Source: Bacteroidota bacterium
GTDB taxonomy: Bacteria > Bacteroidota > Bacteroidia > UKL13-3
Assembly (NCBI GenBank): GCA_031375995.1
Contig: JANMIV010000180.1
Span: 1 to 45,900 of the forward strand
Direction of reading: 5' to 3'
Length of the DNA: 45,900 nucleotides
Below, one piece after another: positions 38,201 to 44,950 of the stretch. Every line of letters starts with the position of its first letter. The first letter of the stretch is position 1. The position numbers and the translations under genes are program-made. Below the pieces are notes generated by a model that was not told the origin of the DNA, did not search any database, and was given only the letters and a program-made list of their open reading frames with translations.

Positions 38201-41200
38201 ACCTTGAAAAATGGCTTGAAATACGTTTCTTATACAGGTACGGATTGGACTTGTACAAAAACAGGTATTGATTTAAGTGGAAACGACGTAGTGGTTTGTA
38301 CTTCAAATATATCACTTGTGGCAAATACAGGTACATCAGGTGTTATTTTGACGGTTTTACCAACACAAGCAACCAATATCAGTAACATGACTTGGACAAG
38401 CGGTGGCGGTATGCCAGGTGGTCCTTACAAATCAGGTCCTACAACAAGTACAGCAGGTAGTGTTCAAAACCCAACAGACGGTGATCCGACAGGTGTGGGC
38501 AATAACCCTGGTGTATTGCCAGTAGTTCCAAAACCTATTTTGGTAACAACCAAAGTTGGTCCAGGTACGCCTATTACACAGTTCCAAGATTTTGATTACA
38601 TCTTTAATGTTACCAACAATGGTGCAGCAAATACAACAGGTGCAATTACAATTTTAGATACGCTACGCAACGGCTTAATCTACCAATCAACAGGTAGTGC
38701 AGGTTGGAGTTGTACAGTAACAGGTGCTGATGCCAATGGCAATCAAATCTTAGAATGTATCACTAGTAACGTTATCAATGCCAACGGAGATAATGATATT
38801 TTAAATCTAACAGTAAAAGCAACAAAAGCAGCGGCACTCTCTAATATAGCTTATGTTAACGGTGGCGGAATTCCAGGTGGTCCATATCCTACAAGTCCAG
38901 TTTCGACGACAGCAGGAAATGCACTTAACCCAACGCCTAACGCACTAGTGCCAACGCCTAATACAGCAAGTCCGATACCAAGTATCACGACTGTAAAAGC
39001 GGCATTGTCATCAACCATTGAGCAATTTATGCCTTTTGATTATAAATTTGATTTAGAAAACAAAGGTTCAGCAGCAACAAGTGGTTTATTGACAGTAAGA
39101 GATACGTTGAAAAGTGGTTTAAAATATATGTCTATGACAGCAGGTTCTCCTGATTGGACGTGTTCGTTGGTAGGTCAAGATTTAAGTGGAAACGACGTTG
39201 TTCAATGTCAAACTTCTACTCCGATTGCAGCATACAATCCACTCACTTTGACAGGCGGTACAAGCACTTATACTATTCGTGTAAAACCAACATTGTCAGG
39301 GAGTATCACTAATCTTGCTTGGGTAAATGGCGGCGGTATGCCAAACGGGCCTTACAAAACAGGTGGAACACCAGGAACAGCAGGAAGCCCTATCAATTCA
39401 GGTGGTGGCTCTCCAACTTCTCCAACAGTAGTAACACCAGTACCAATTTTAAAAACGGCTAAGGTAGCACCAAGTGTAGCAGTACAACAGTTTATTCCTT
39501 TTGCTTATACATTTAATGTCTTCAACGACGGTGCAGCAGCAACAGCAGGCGTAATTACGATAAAAGATACTTTGAAAAACGGTTTAGTATTCGTTTCAGG
39601 CGGTAGCGCATCATGGACTTGTGCCGTGACAGGTACTGACATTAGCGGAAACCAAATCGTAGAATGTACTTCTTCAACTGCTATTGTACCAACAGCAACA
39701 TCTTCTTTCCCGCTTAATGTAAAATCTACAACAGGTGGCACAACAAGTAATATTGCTTATGTAAATGGCGGCGGTATGCCAGGCGGTCCTTATAGAACAG
39801 CACCAACAACTATGGGTAGTGGAAATCCTACTAACCCAATGGGCGGAGGTTCAACTACAAACAACGTAACAGCAGTACCCAATCTGATAACCGTAAAAGA
39901 AGCGCCTGCAACAGCTATCACTCAGTTTGTTCCATTTGATTATACCATCAAAGTAACAAATTCGGGCGGCTCTAATTCGGGTGGTACAGTTACCGTAAGA
40001 GATACTTTAAAAACAGGTTTAAAATACAATGGTTTTGCAGGTACAGATTGGACTTGTGCAAAAACAGGTATTGATTTATACGGCAACGATGTTGTGGTTT
40101 GCACTTACTCAAACGCAATTGCAGTAAATCAAACTGTTTTTTACACATTGAATGTAAAACCTACTATGGCTACAAATATAACCAATATGACTTGGACAAA
40201 CGGTGGTGGTATGCCAGGCGGTCCTTACAAGTCAGGTTCTACACCAAGCACAGCAGGTAGCATCAATAACCCAACAGGTGGTGGTCCAACAGGCACAAGC
40301 CCGACCACATCAGTAGTACCAGTACCAGATTTACAAACGGCTAAAATAGTTGGCGCAGGTCCATTTAACCAAAACCAACCATTTACTTATAACTTCCAAA
40401 TCACGAATGCAGGTGGAGTTTCTACCTCAGGTTTAGTGACTATTTTAGATACCTTGAAAAACGGATTAAAATACGTTTCGGGTGGTAATACAGATTGGAC
40501 TTGTGTAAAAACAGGTGTTGATGCAGCAGGTAATGACATCGTAAGATGTACGAGTTTAGAGGTAATTGCAACAGGCAATACCACTTCGTTCCCATTACAA
40601 GTCAATCCAACACAAGCAAGTAATACTGCTAACTTGGCATGGACAAGCGGTGGCGGTATGCCAGGCGGTCCTTACAAATCAGGTACAACGGCAGCAACAG
40701 CGGCAGGACCTTCTAACCCAGGCGGCGGTACACCAACTGCACCAACGCCAGTAGGCCCAGGTTTGCCAGATGTGATTTTATTAATTTCACAACCAAGCCC
40801 AGTATTAACAGAAGGATTACAAAGTGTTGTTCAATTTACAGTTACCAACCAAGGAAATGGTGCAGCAACAGGACCAATCAATGTAAATATTACATTGCCT
40901 ACGGAATTGTCAGCTCCTCCAACTTTCACAAGTGGTGCTTGGACTTGTACAACAGCAGGTGTCAATATTTCGTGTTCTTCACAGAATACAGCAACTATCG
41001 CAATCAATACTTCTGTACAATTTGATGTACCAGTAGTACCAGCAGCAGGTTCTCTTGGTAAAATATTGAGTATATCGGGTGCTATTCCAGCAGTAACCAA
41101 TGAGAATATTGTCAATAACAATGGTGCAACAATGACGGCAAACAACCCTGTTCAAACAGGTACAAGACCAGATTTATTGACAGTTATTGGTACAATTCCT

Positions 41201-44200
41201 ACATTGACAGAAGGCACTACATCATTGATACCAGTTACCGTTTCTAATATTGGAAATGGTGCAGCAGCGGGTGTATTGACATTCTCTACGAACCTTCCAA
41301 ACGGATTGTCTGCACCAGCTACCTTCACTCAAAATGGTTGGACTTGTAACACTTCGGGTCAAACCGTAAGTTGTAGCAACCCTAATACAGCAGGAGTAGC
41401 ACCAAATGCAGCAGTTCCATTTGACATTCCAGTAACGCCAGCAGTTGGTTCAGCAGGAACGACACCAACCGTAACAGGTTTAGTAAATCAAGTTTTAAAT
41501 GAATTAGTAACTAATAACAATACAGGGGCTTCAACGGCAGCGCAATCAATACAACCAGCAAATCGTCCAGATGTGCAAACTGTTATTGGTCAGCCTTCAA
41601 CGCCTTTGGTAGAAGGTTCTCCTTCTAATATTCCTGTAATGTTGAATAACATAGGTACAGCACCAGCAACAGGCGCATTGACTTTCAGTACCAATTTGCC
41701 AAATGGCATTACCGCACCATTAACTTTTACAGAAAATGGTTGGACTTGTAATACTTCGGGTCAAACAGTAAGTTGTTCTAATCCTAATACAGCAGGACTT
41801 CCTGCAACAACAGGTACAACGAACTTCAATATTCCGATTACACCAAGTGTTGGTACAGCAGGTCAAACACCTACACTTACGGGTGCAGCATCGCCAGTAG
41901 TAAATGAAACGGCAACGACGAACAATACAACGTCAATGACACCAACAGGCGCAATTGCTCCATTGGCAAGACCAGATTTGACTACTACAATCGGACAACC
42001 AGCACCAGATTTGACAGAAGGCGTTACTTCTAATATTCCAGTAACACTTGCGAATATTGGTAATGCACCAGTAACAGGACCACTGACGTTCAGTATGTCT
42101 TTGCCAAATGGAATGACGACACCACCAACCTTTACAAACAACGGTTGGACGTGTTCTACTTCGGGTCAATCAGTGAATTGTACGAACCCTAATGCAGCAG
42201 GACTTCCTGCAACAACAGGTACAACAACATTTACTATTCCAGTTACACCAGCAGCAGGAACGGCAGGTCAAACACCTACACTGACAGGTAATTCAGCACC
42301 AGCACCGAACGAAACTTCGACAGCTAATAACAGTGGCTCAATGACACCTACAAATCCAGTAGTAGCAATGGCTCGTCCAGATATCTTAACGACAATCGGA
42401 CAACCAGCACCAGGATTTACAGAAGGTACAACATCGCTTGTTCCTGTAACTCTTGCAAATATTGGAAATGGTCTAGCGACGGGTCCTTTATCATTCAGCA
42501 CAACATTGCCGAATGGTTTGACTTCGCCTTTGACTTTTACCAATAATGGTTGGACTTGTTCTACTACGGGTCAAACAGTGAATTGTACAAATCCCAATAC
42601 AACAGGACTTCCTGCAACAACAGGTACGACAATGTTTGAAATACCTGTAACACCATTGGTTGGTTCGGCAGGTCAAACACCAAGTATTTCGGGTAATACA
42701 CCACCAGTAACGAATGAAACGACCACTACAAATAATAGTGGTTCAATGACACCAACAACACCAATTGTAGCAATGGCTCGTCCAGATGTACAAACAGTAA
42801 TCGGAGCAATACCAACTTTGACAGAAGGTACGACTTCTAATATTCCTGTGACGCTCAATAATATTGGAAATGCAGCAGCAACAGGGACATTGTCATTCAG
42901 TACAACATTGCCAAATGGTCTTTCAACAGCACCAACCTTTACAAACAACGGTTGGACTTGTTCTACTTCGGGTCAAACTGTAAATTGTTCTACGCCTAAT
43001 GCAGCAGGACTTCCTGCAACAACAGGTACAACAACGTTTAATTTACCAGTAACACCAGCAGCAGGATCAGCAGGTCAAACACCAACAGTATCAGGTACAG
43101 TAGCAGCAGCAATCAATGAAACGGTAACAACAAACAACACCGCTTCATCAACCGCAACAAGCGCAATTGTTGCCGCAGCAAGACCAGATATGACAACGAC
43201 AATTGGCACACCAAGCCCAGTATTGACAGAAGGCGTGCAATCAAACATTCCAATTACATTGGCTAATATCGGTAATGCACCAGCAACGGGACCATTGACC
43301 TTTACTTCAATGTTACCAAATGGCTTGACGACACCTTCAACCTTTACAAACAATGGTTGGACTTGTACGACTTCGGCACAGACAGTAAGTTGTTCTAATC
43401 CTAATACAGCAGGACTTCCTGCAACAACAGGTACAACAACGTTCAATTTACCAGTAACGCCAAGCGCAGGAACAGCAGGTCAAACACCTACGCTTTCAGG
43501 AACGTCGCCATCTGTACCAGGTGAAACAACAACAGGTAACAACGGAGGTTCTCTCACACTACCTGCCATTGTAGCGGCTGTAAAACCAGACTTAGCTTTA
43601 AGTTTCGGTTCGCCAAGCCCAGCATTAGCAGAAACAGTGCTTTCGAGTATTCCAGTTACTGTTGCAAACATTGGAACAGCAACGGCAACAGGTCAAGTGG
43701 TCGTAACCATCAGTATTCCAAACAACACAACAAGCCTTGCGTCTTACGTGACAAATGGTTGGACTTGTAATGCTTCGGGAACAACACTGACTTGTGCAAC
43801 ACCTAATTTTGCAGGAATTGCATCAGCAGCATCTACTACATTTGACATTAGGCTTACGCCAAATGCAGGTACAGCAGGGCAGTATGTATTGCTAAACGGT
43901 AACGTATCAACAGTTGCAGGCGAAACGAATACAGTTAATAATACCAATGTAACGATTGTTCCAACGCCAATTGCAGCACCGCCAGCTTACGCTTTAAATG
44001 TAAAAATGATGTTACAAGGTGCAATGTTAGGCACAACGGACGGTTTAATGCGTGATAATTTACGTACTCAAAACCTTATTCCATTGACTTCGCCTTATGA
44101 TGTTAGCTTACATACTCGCTTCACGAAAGTAGCAGAAAGTACAACTGCAACAACAATTGCGGCAGTATTGAGTGCAAACGCAGGTACAAGCGATGCTATC

Positions 44201-44806
44201 GTAGATTGGGTATTCATCGAATTACGTAATAGTGCTTCTCCTTCAACAGTAGTGAGAACTATTTCAGCACTCGTTCAACGTGATGGAGATGTAGTAGCAG
44301 CCGACGGACAACCATTGCTTATCAGTGGTATAAACGCAGGTAGTTATTTTGTAGCAATCAAACACCGCAACCACTTGGGCGCAATGACTGCATCAACAGT
44401 AGCATTAAGTACAGCGCAAACAGCAATCGTTGATTTTACAACGATGACCAATGCACAGGTATTCAATAATGCAGGTTATGACGGTTACGAGCGTGCAACG
44501 ATTGGTGCAGTAAAAGCACTTTGGGCAGGTAACTGCAACTCAGATACTCGTGCAAAGTACGACGGCGCAAGCACTGACCGACAAATGATTGCAACCAATG
44601 TTTTAGGTCATACAGTAAATACAAGCGGTTCTTATGTATTCAACAACGCTATTGGGTATTTCTCAGGCGACGTGAATATGGACGGAAAAGCGAAATACGA
44701 TGGTTCAGGTAATGATCGTATCTTAATCCAACAACTCATTCAGACATTTGGATTAAATGCCACATTATCAAATAATTACAATAATTTCTTAGAGCAACTT
44801 CCATAA
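29219..44806 (+). CDS. Giant (5195 aa) secreted multi-array repeat protein with LamG-like supermodules, CnaB-like repeats, two DUF11/CARDB-like arrays and a C-terminal dockerin-like domain; no recognisable T9SS CTD
   Basis: The N-terminus has three hydrophobic segments, the third resembling a signal peptide (AVLLTMVMAACLGNASKIYA|QA). The N-terminal domain 'CNGIWPE...GSNWYYVKVTTSGKMAFKVDG...DIDGAVWGPF...YLIYIDNFA' resembles the N-terminal module of many Bacteroidota giant surface proteins. The internal arrays are listed as separate repeat features. The C-terminal ~270 aa are homologous to the end of the 1..3225 product. Confidence 0.95.
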   Translation: MKNNYILNKITAIPKGMIALWSVAFLLLFSFVAIAKSYLNAGTTTDIADSFTLALFAGLLLLVIIPTIKHLSHLVSIRKAVLLTMVMAACLGNASKIYAQAVDAAQAVQICNGIWPEPSATATIGTNDLPSATSKGCLVTGEIGSNWYYVKVTTSGKMAFKVDGITSTGAMADIDGAVWGPFTSVAAGATAIRSVAGLAPARCNYSAGKGFTLTNSTTATSVGAGTLLFPTSRNVKSMDVLAGEYYLIYIDNFAAGTANGAVSISIDFTSENIAAYECPAMPTTCGPLCSSATCPVSDLGVKAAAGVQPSGTFTALQKANYTATPFKAGDGTFTQCYTLNSGAHGTLGIVQTILVRGTDANVDNIPDGLSAIASSRMATLTLASNACGTAIPPTTANGGNSGTLNPEWTGLTPNTNYVLCIATTMPAAGATVINYRQSALDVYHWAPPFSGLAPGCTSVAPTVWIKANQGISTATQGAQVTSWTNLGSVGGNVTGGTGSGTSSIANQTTSPTFDEKTFNFNPSVFANATSGMGMLNALPASPTKWVVYYVNKLGDITTWKSHVSFSAATTLSQTVGIGVAQENSLMSDNAAPYIWQGANAGVTNPISYTLDKPYITGWQWASAGTGVTNSINGRAGNTGAALSANNLRTFILTADPDGGPEDGGRSGGTYYAEAMVFPSTISAAEHQRVQSYLAIKYGITLDQTVATNYLSGDGSVVWNVTTNTGFNNNIIGIGKDDCQGLNQKQSKSANGGFQPVISTTGFAATNATNATDLTGSKSFEISGSDAGATSFGASYAFAGMTHRITRIWKIQETGTVGTVKVAIEKTEFSGNATNINLLRSLDATFDNSDTKIVMVSETIGGVEYYTATIDFTNGDYYTFGAYLTVPGCVAADLKTWYKANDFATSATSISQWNDAVNGFHAKQTVVANQPLYQAASAANNFNPTLKFDGTSDHLEYTASRFMSTTSSGSLFGSGTNELNAGYENFADLGIDNPHMGTLVNEQIMWMNGSAPVRIDHPTKLTANKVHQLGYYWNGGANAGSGLRLDGTDFYDATTDATLVGNGAPSDGQFSIGGYGAVENWTGNISELFLYGRNLTTQEKERVETYLAIKYGTTLAHDYLAGDNTKIWDKTANTAYHNNVFGIGRDDCQGLSQKQSNATNGGFQPIISTIGFAGTNATNTVVLDDKSFEMSGSDAAVASFGTAFVISGMNNRMTRVWKIQETGIAGTVKVAVAKSDFGGINHHLIRSTDASIATTDELLPMTVETIGGVEYLTATIDFANGDYYTFGAMLVGPGGVVNTDFWVKSDDAGTIGTAWKDHSKFGNAIEAVGAWSLSAADAAHNFNPYTTGFSTTKYFKDNNTSLTADDSYGVQTRTPFSVFSAVKPSSGSGSGRIIGIDNDALYAAEPGFSLSAGKPYFYKYWETVTSGTHTSVVTGGQNTVISYNATQNAVNDATMRIGKDGTYQNFNHVGHWHNLGDDLVLGYGTWDLNGAFPGDIMEAIWYKRTLTQNEQDRVNSYLAIKNGTTLAIDYLSSNSTIIWNKTANSAFHNNVFGIGRDDASALHQRQSKSTNATGKITLGVDDQIAATNIAHTGGVAVDANFLMVGDNGLAGVTTLVPGGACTPAGPDKGTNRIWKFVETGTVESVKVSTDLSPDFNGASTQVFMQVSTDAAFTGVIANIPARFNSTSGQFETNYDFTGTQYIRYIGVQTPPANACIGGSKDLNWLSFAPFNWWYWGTRSKSYNLGDGLNAQVSIDDSSNKILYGNTPAYNPPLTPNPTTGYYPVNYGNHLYIPRYDGNPTSTITTKIKLVDATNVAMPANGVSFKIKDIDGWWWGKDNVKVYGKLGGSIVNPKLSTNKLYTNVTITQPNQGKGSIYPWDWTVLGDMYVNFDSPVDEIYVEHTKDNLFSFKVFNDIAIGGLDIQCKAPEPEVVTPDNVYLFKEVSPKTARAGEAFTYKFTFKNFNCTDKVVSFTDALPSGMVWKDSTLATTMTIGSTSAYGGSANLNLTSLVVPTGTSYMYAEAVASTTGVQNNQASFTVNGNTYQSDEPSIAGAANATPVTIIAAPQVANLTLTKSVNKTSSPQNGTIEYTLSVKNNGAATVNAQVQDFLEGDATYTADPLVFTPASASTGTVVNTYATTGTLDVRDLAVAAGATITIKVKAKLGTNPVVNDTLSNNFTAKTGLGADAEFYSYKQFTSNKVKTLVQNLPSLAGTVFNDGGAGGGTPGNCTKDGTEGATGLPTGLYAKLIASGATVVAQAVAVNSGTYSFTAVNDGAYTVILDDNTTLSDITSTLPSGWAGTSSLTGNSASGLFTPTLTFCISNVPAQVTIVAGAGTVFNDNGAGGGTANNCTKDGTETAAGIPSGLFAKLIKAGTVLKVEPIDANGGFTMTAVSVGTGYSMIIDNNNSYTDAISNIPANWTANTWTGDVTATTPFTNPALKLCMYYSLPTFTVTAAANTVLHDDGAGGGTAGNCTLDGAESATGLPSPLFAKLIQSGAVVQAAAVASGGFTFSNIPDGSYTIILDNNNTLTDATTTLPSGWTGTTSWAGTLTSGVASPALKFCIYSPPPGPCFGTTSVVGAMPAGAYVTAGNVNAVSNSVDFGASATGILGTDRNPGSVGAYLFKAAAMPLNASNANFIDGYVRKTGGANVTFPVGDNGSYRPAIVNWAAACPSQMEVAYFGADPNIGVTSKLAAGGGGFFPTAPLGGPFPTNQRVTNLFSVSDKEYWDINGTDPAEITLTWNAASNISGLSTSNVNNLSIAGWNATTGKWERIASTIIAGSNLTSGSIKTDATLVPNTYNVYTFAGTIIPNIATVKTAPATISQFVPFNYSFTIKNNGTVATTANTIVRDTLKNGLKYISYSGAWTCAFLGTTASGDDVVECTIYATLAPSTSVLAGLRVNPTLGGAISNTSRTSGGGMTGGPYKSSTNESSAGTPQNPNAGAATTSNVTPIPNLVTTKVAPTTPVSQGTKFDYTITVNNTGSVATSGAITVRDTLKNGLKYVSYTGTDWTCTKTGIDLSGNDVVVCTSNISLVANTGTSGVILTVLPTQATNISNMTWTSGGGMPGGPYKSGPTTSTAGSVQNPTDGDPTGVGNNPGVLPVVPKPILVTTKVGPGTPITQFQDFDYIFNVTNNGAANTTGAITILDTLRNGLIYQSTGSAGWSCTVTGADANGNQILECITSNVINANGDNDILNLTVKATKAAALSNIAYVNGGGIPGGPYPTSPVSTTAGNALNPTPNALVPTPNTASPIPSITTVKAALSSTIEQFMPFDYKFDLENKGSAATSGLLTVRDTLKSGLKYMSMTAGSPDWTCSLVGQDLSGNDVVQCQTSTPIAAYNPLTLTGGTSTYTIRVKPTLSGSITNLAWVNGGGMPNGPYKTGGTPGTAGSPINSGGGSPTSPTVVTPVPILKTAKVAPSVAVQQFIPFAYTFNVFNDGAAATAGVITIKDTLKNGLVFVSGGSASWTCAVTGTDISGNQIVECTSSTAIVPTATSSFPLNVKSTTGGTTSNIAYVNGGGMPGGPYRTAPTTMGSGNPTNPMGGGSTTNNVTAVPNLITVKEAPATAITQFVPFDYTIKVTNSGGSNSGGTVTVRDTLKTGLKYNGFAGTDWTCAKTGIDLYGNDVVVCTYSNAIAVNQTVFYTLNVKPTMATNITNMTWTNGGGMPGGPYKSGSTPSTAGSINNPTGGGPTGTSPTTSVVPVPDLQTAKIVGAGPFNQNQPFTYNFQITNAGGVSTSGLVTILDTLKNGLKYVSGGNTDWTCVKTGVDAAGNDIVRCTSLEVIATGNTTSFPLQVNPTQASNTANLAWTSGGGMPGGPYKSGTTAATAAGPSNPGGGTPTAPTPVGPGLPDVILLISQPSPVLTEGLQSVVQFTVTNQGNGAATGPINVNITLPTELSAPPTFTSGAWTCTTAGVNISCSSQNTATIAINTSVQFDVPVVPAAGSLGKILSISGAIPAVTNENIVNNNGATMTANNPVQTGTRPDLLTVIGTIPTLTEGTTSLIPVTVSNIGNGAAAGVLTFSTNLPNGLSAPATFTQNGWTCNTSGQTVSCSNPNTAGVAPNAAVPFDIPVTPAVGSAGTTPTVTGLVNQVLNELVTNNNTGASTAAQSIQPANRPDVQTVIGQPSTPLVEGSPSNIPVMLNNIGTAPATGALTFSTNLPNGITAPLTFTENGWTCNTSGQTVSCSNPNTAGLPATTGTTNFNIPITPSVGTAGQTPTLTGAASPVVNETATTNNTTSMTPTGAIAPLARPDLTTTIGQPAPDLTEGVTSNIPVTLANIGNAPVTGPLTFSMSLPNGMTTPPTFTNNGWTCSTSGQSVNCTNPNAAGLPATTGTTTFTIPVTPAAGTAGQTPTLTGNSAPAPNETSTANNSGSMTPTNPVVAMARPDILTTIGQPAPGFTEGTTSLVPVTLANIGNGLATGPLSFSTTLPNGLTSPLTFTNNGWTCSTTGQTVNCTNPNTTGLPATTGTTMFEIPVTPLVGSAGQTPSISGNTPPVTNETTTTNNSGSMTPTTPIVAMARPDVQTVIGAIPTLTEGTTSNIPVTLNNIGNAAATGTLSFSTTLPNGLSTAPTFTNNGWTCSTSGQTVNCSTPNAAGLPATTGTTTFNLPVTPAAGSAGQTPTVSGTVAAAINETVTTNNTASSTATSAIVAAARPDMTTTIGTPSPVLTEGVQSNIPITLANIGNAPATGPLTFTSMLPNGLTTPSTFTNNGWTCTTSAQTVSCSNPNTAGLPATTGTTTFNLPVTPSAGTAGQTPTLSGTSPSVPGETTTGNNGGSLTLPAIVAAVKPDLALSFGSPSPALAETVLSSIPVTVANIGTATATGQVVVTISIPNNTTSLASYVTNGWTCNASGTTLTCATPNFAGIASAASTTFDIRLTPNAGTAGQYVLLNGNVSTVAGETNTVNNTNVTIVPTPIAAPPAYALNVKMMLQGAMLGTTDGLMRDNLRTQNLIPLTSPYDVSLHTRFTKVAESTTATTIAAVLSANAGTSDAIVDWVFIELRNSASPSTVVRTISALVQRDGDVVAADGQPLLISGINAGSYFVAIKHRNHLGAMTASTVALSTAQTAIVDFTTMTNAQVFNNAGYDGYERATIGAVKALWAGNCNSDTRAKYDGASTDRQMIATNVLGHTVNTSGSYVFNNAIGYFSGDVNMDGKAKYDGSGNDRILIQQLIQTFGLNATLSNNYNNFLEQLP
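30572..34360 (+). repeat. Three tandem ~410-aa supermodules (LamG/concanavalin-like jelly-roll candidate plus a following beta module)
   Basis: The recurrent landmarks are 'NFNP(S/T/Y)', '(E)(H/K/Q)(Q/E)RV(Q/E/N)(S/T)YLAIK(Y/N)G(I/T)TL' at nt 31293, 32531 and 33764, 'N(N)(I/V)(I/F)GIG(K/R)DD...L.Q(K/R)QSKS', 'R(I/M)(T)R(I/V)WKIQETG..GTVKVA' and 'GGVEY.TATIDF.NGDYYTFGA'. Module starts lie near 30572, 31865 and 33083. Confidence 0.7.
35849..36915 (+). repeat. Three ~122-aa tandem repeats, CnaB/SdrD-B-like candidates
   Basis: The unit is 'AGTVFND.GAGGGT..NCTKDGTE.A.G(L/I)P.GL(Y/F)AKLI..G.V.......GGFT........Y..I(L/I)D.N....D....(L/I)P..W.(G/A).......G.......P.L.(F/L)C(I/M)Y', with starts at 35849, 36215 and 36584. 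Confidence 0.7.
37652..40765 (+). repeat. Seven ~148-aa DUF11-like repeats (type A)
   Basis: Each unit is '(V/T)(K)(T/V)AP......QF.PF.Y.F.(I/V).N.G..AT.G.ITVRDTLKNGLKY(V/I)S......WTC...G.D..GN(D/Q)(V/I)V.CT......N....GGGMPGGPYK(S/T)G.....AG...NP.GG'. Unit openers are IATVKTAP, LVTTKVAP, LVTTKVGP, ITTVKAAL, ILKTAKVAP, LITVKEAP and DLQTAKIV. Confidence 0.8.
40766..43975 (+). repeat. Eight ~134-aa DUF11/CARDB-like repeats (type B), the same family as the repeats in 1..3225 and 44951..45900
   Basis: The unit is 'PD(L/V/I/M).T.IG.P.P.LTEG..S.IPVT..NIGN..A.G.L.FS..LPNG(L/M).(A/T)P.TFT.NGWTC.TSGQTV.C.NPN.AGLPATTGTT.F.(I/L)PVTP..G(T/S)AGQTPT(L/V).G......NE...(T/N)NN'. Openers are PDVILLIS, PDLLTVIG, PDVQTVIG, PDLTTTIG, PDILTTIG, PDVQTVIG, PDMTTTIG and PDLALSFG. 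Confidence 0.85.
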
Positions 44807-44836
44807 AGTTGTTGTGCAATAGTTTAACTATTTTTT

Positions 44837-44905
44837 GAAATACTTTTTCTGTTAGTGATTGATTTTTTAATTTTTATAAAAAAAATTGCTAACAGAAAAG
44901 TATTC
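44837..44905. repeat. Long inverted repeat/hairpin between the 5195-aa gene and the next gene (terminator and/or regulatory stem)
   Basis: Arm gaaatactttttctgttag (44837-44855) pairs with ctaacagaaaagtattc (44889-44905), with one extra T. The 33-nt AT-only loop is itself near-palindromic (ttttttaatttttataaaaaaaa). It lies 31 nt after the stop at 44806 and 46 nt before ATG 44951. Confidence 0.5.
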
Positions 44906-44950
44906 AAATGAATGAAAAAAAGAATTTTATAATCATTAACATTTTTAATA

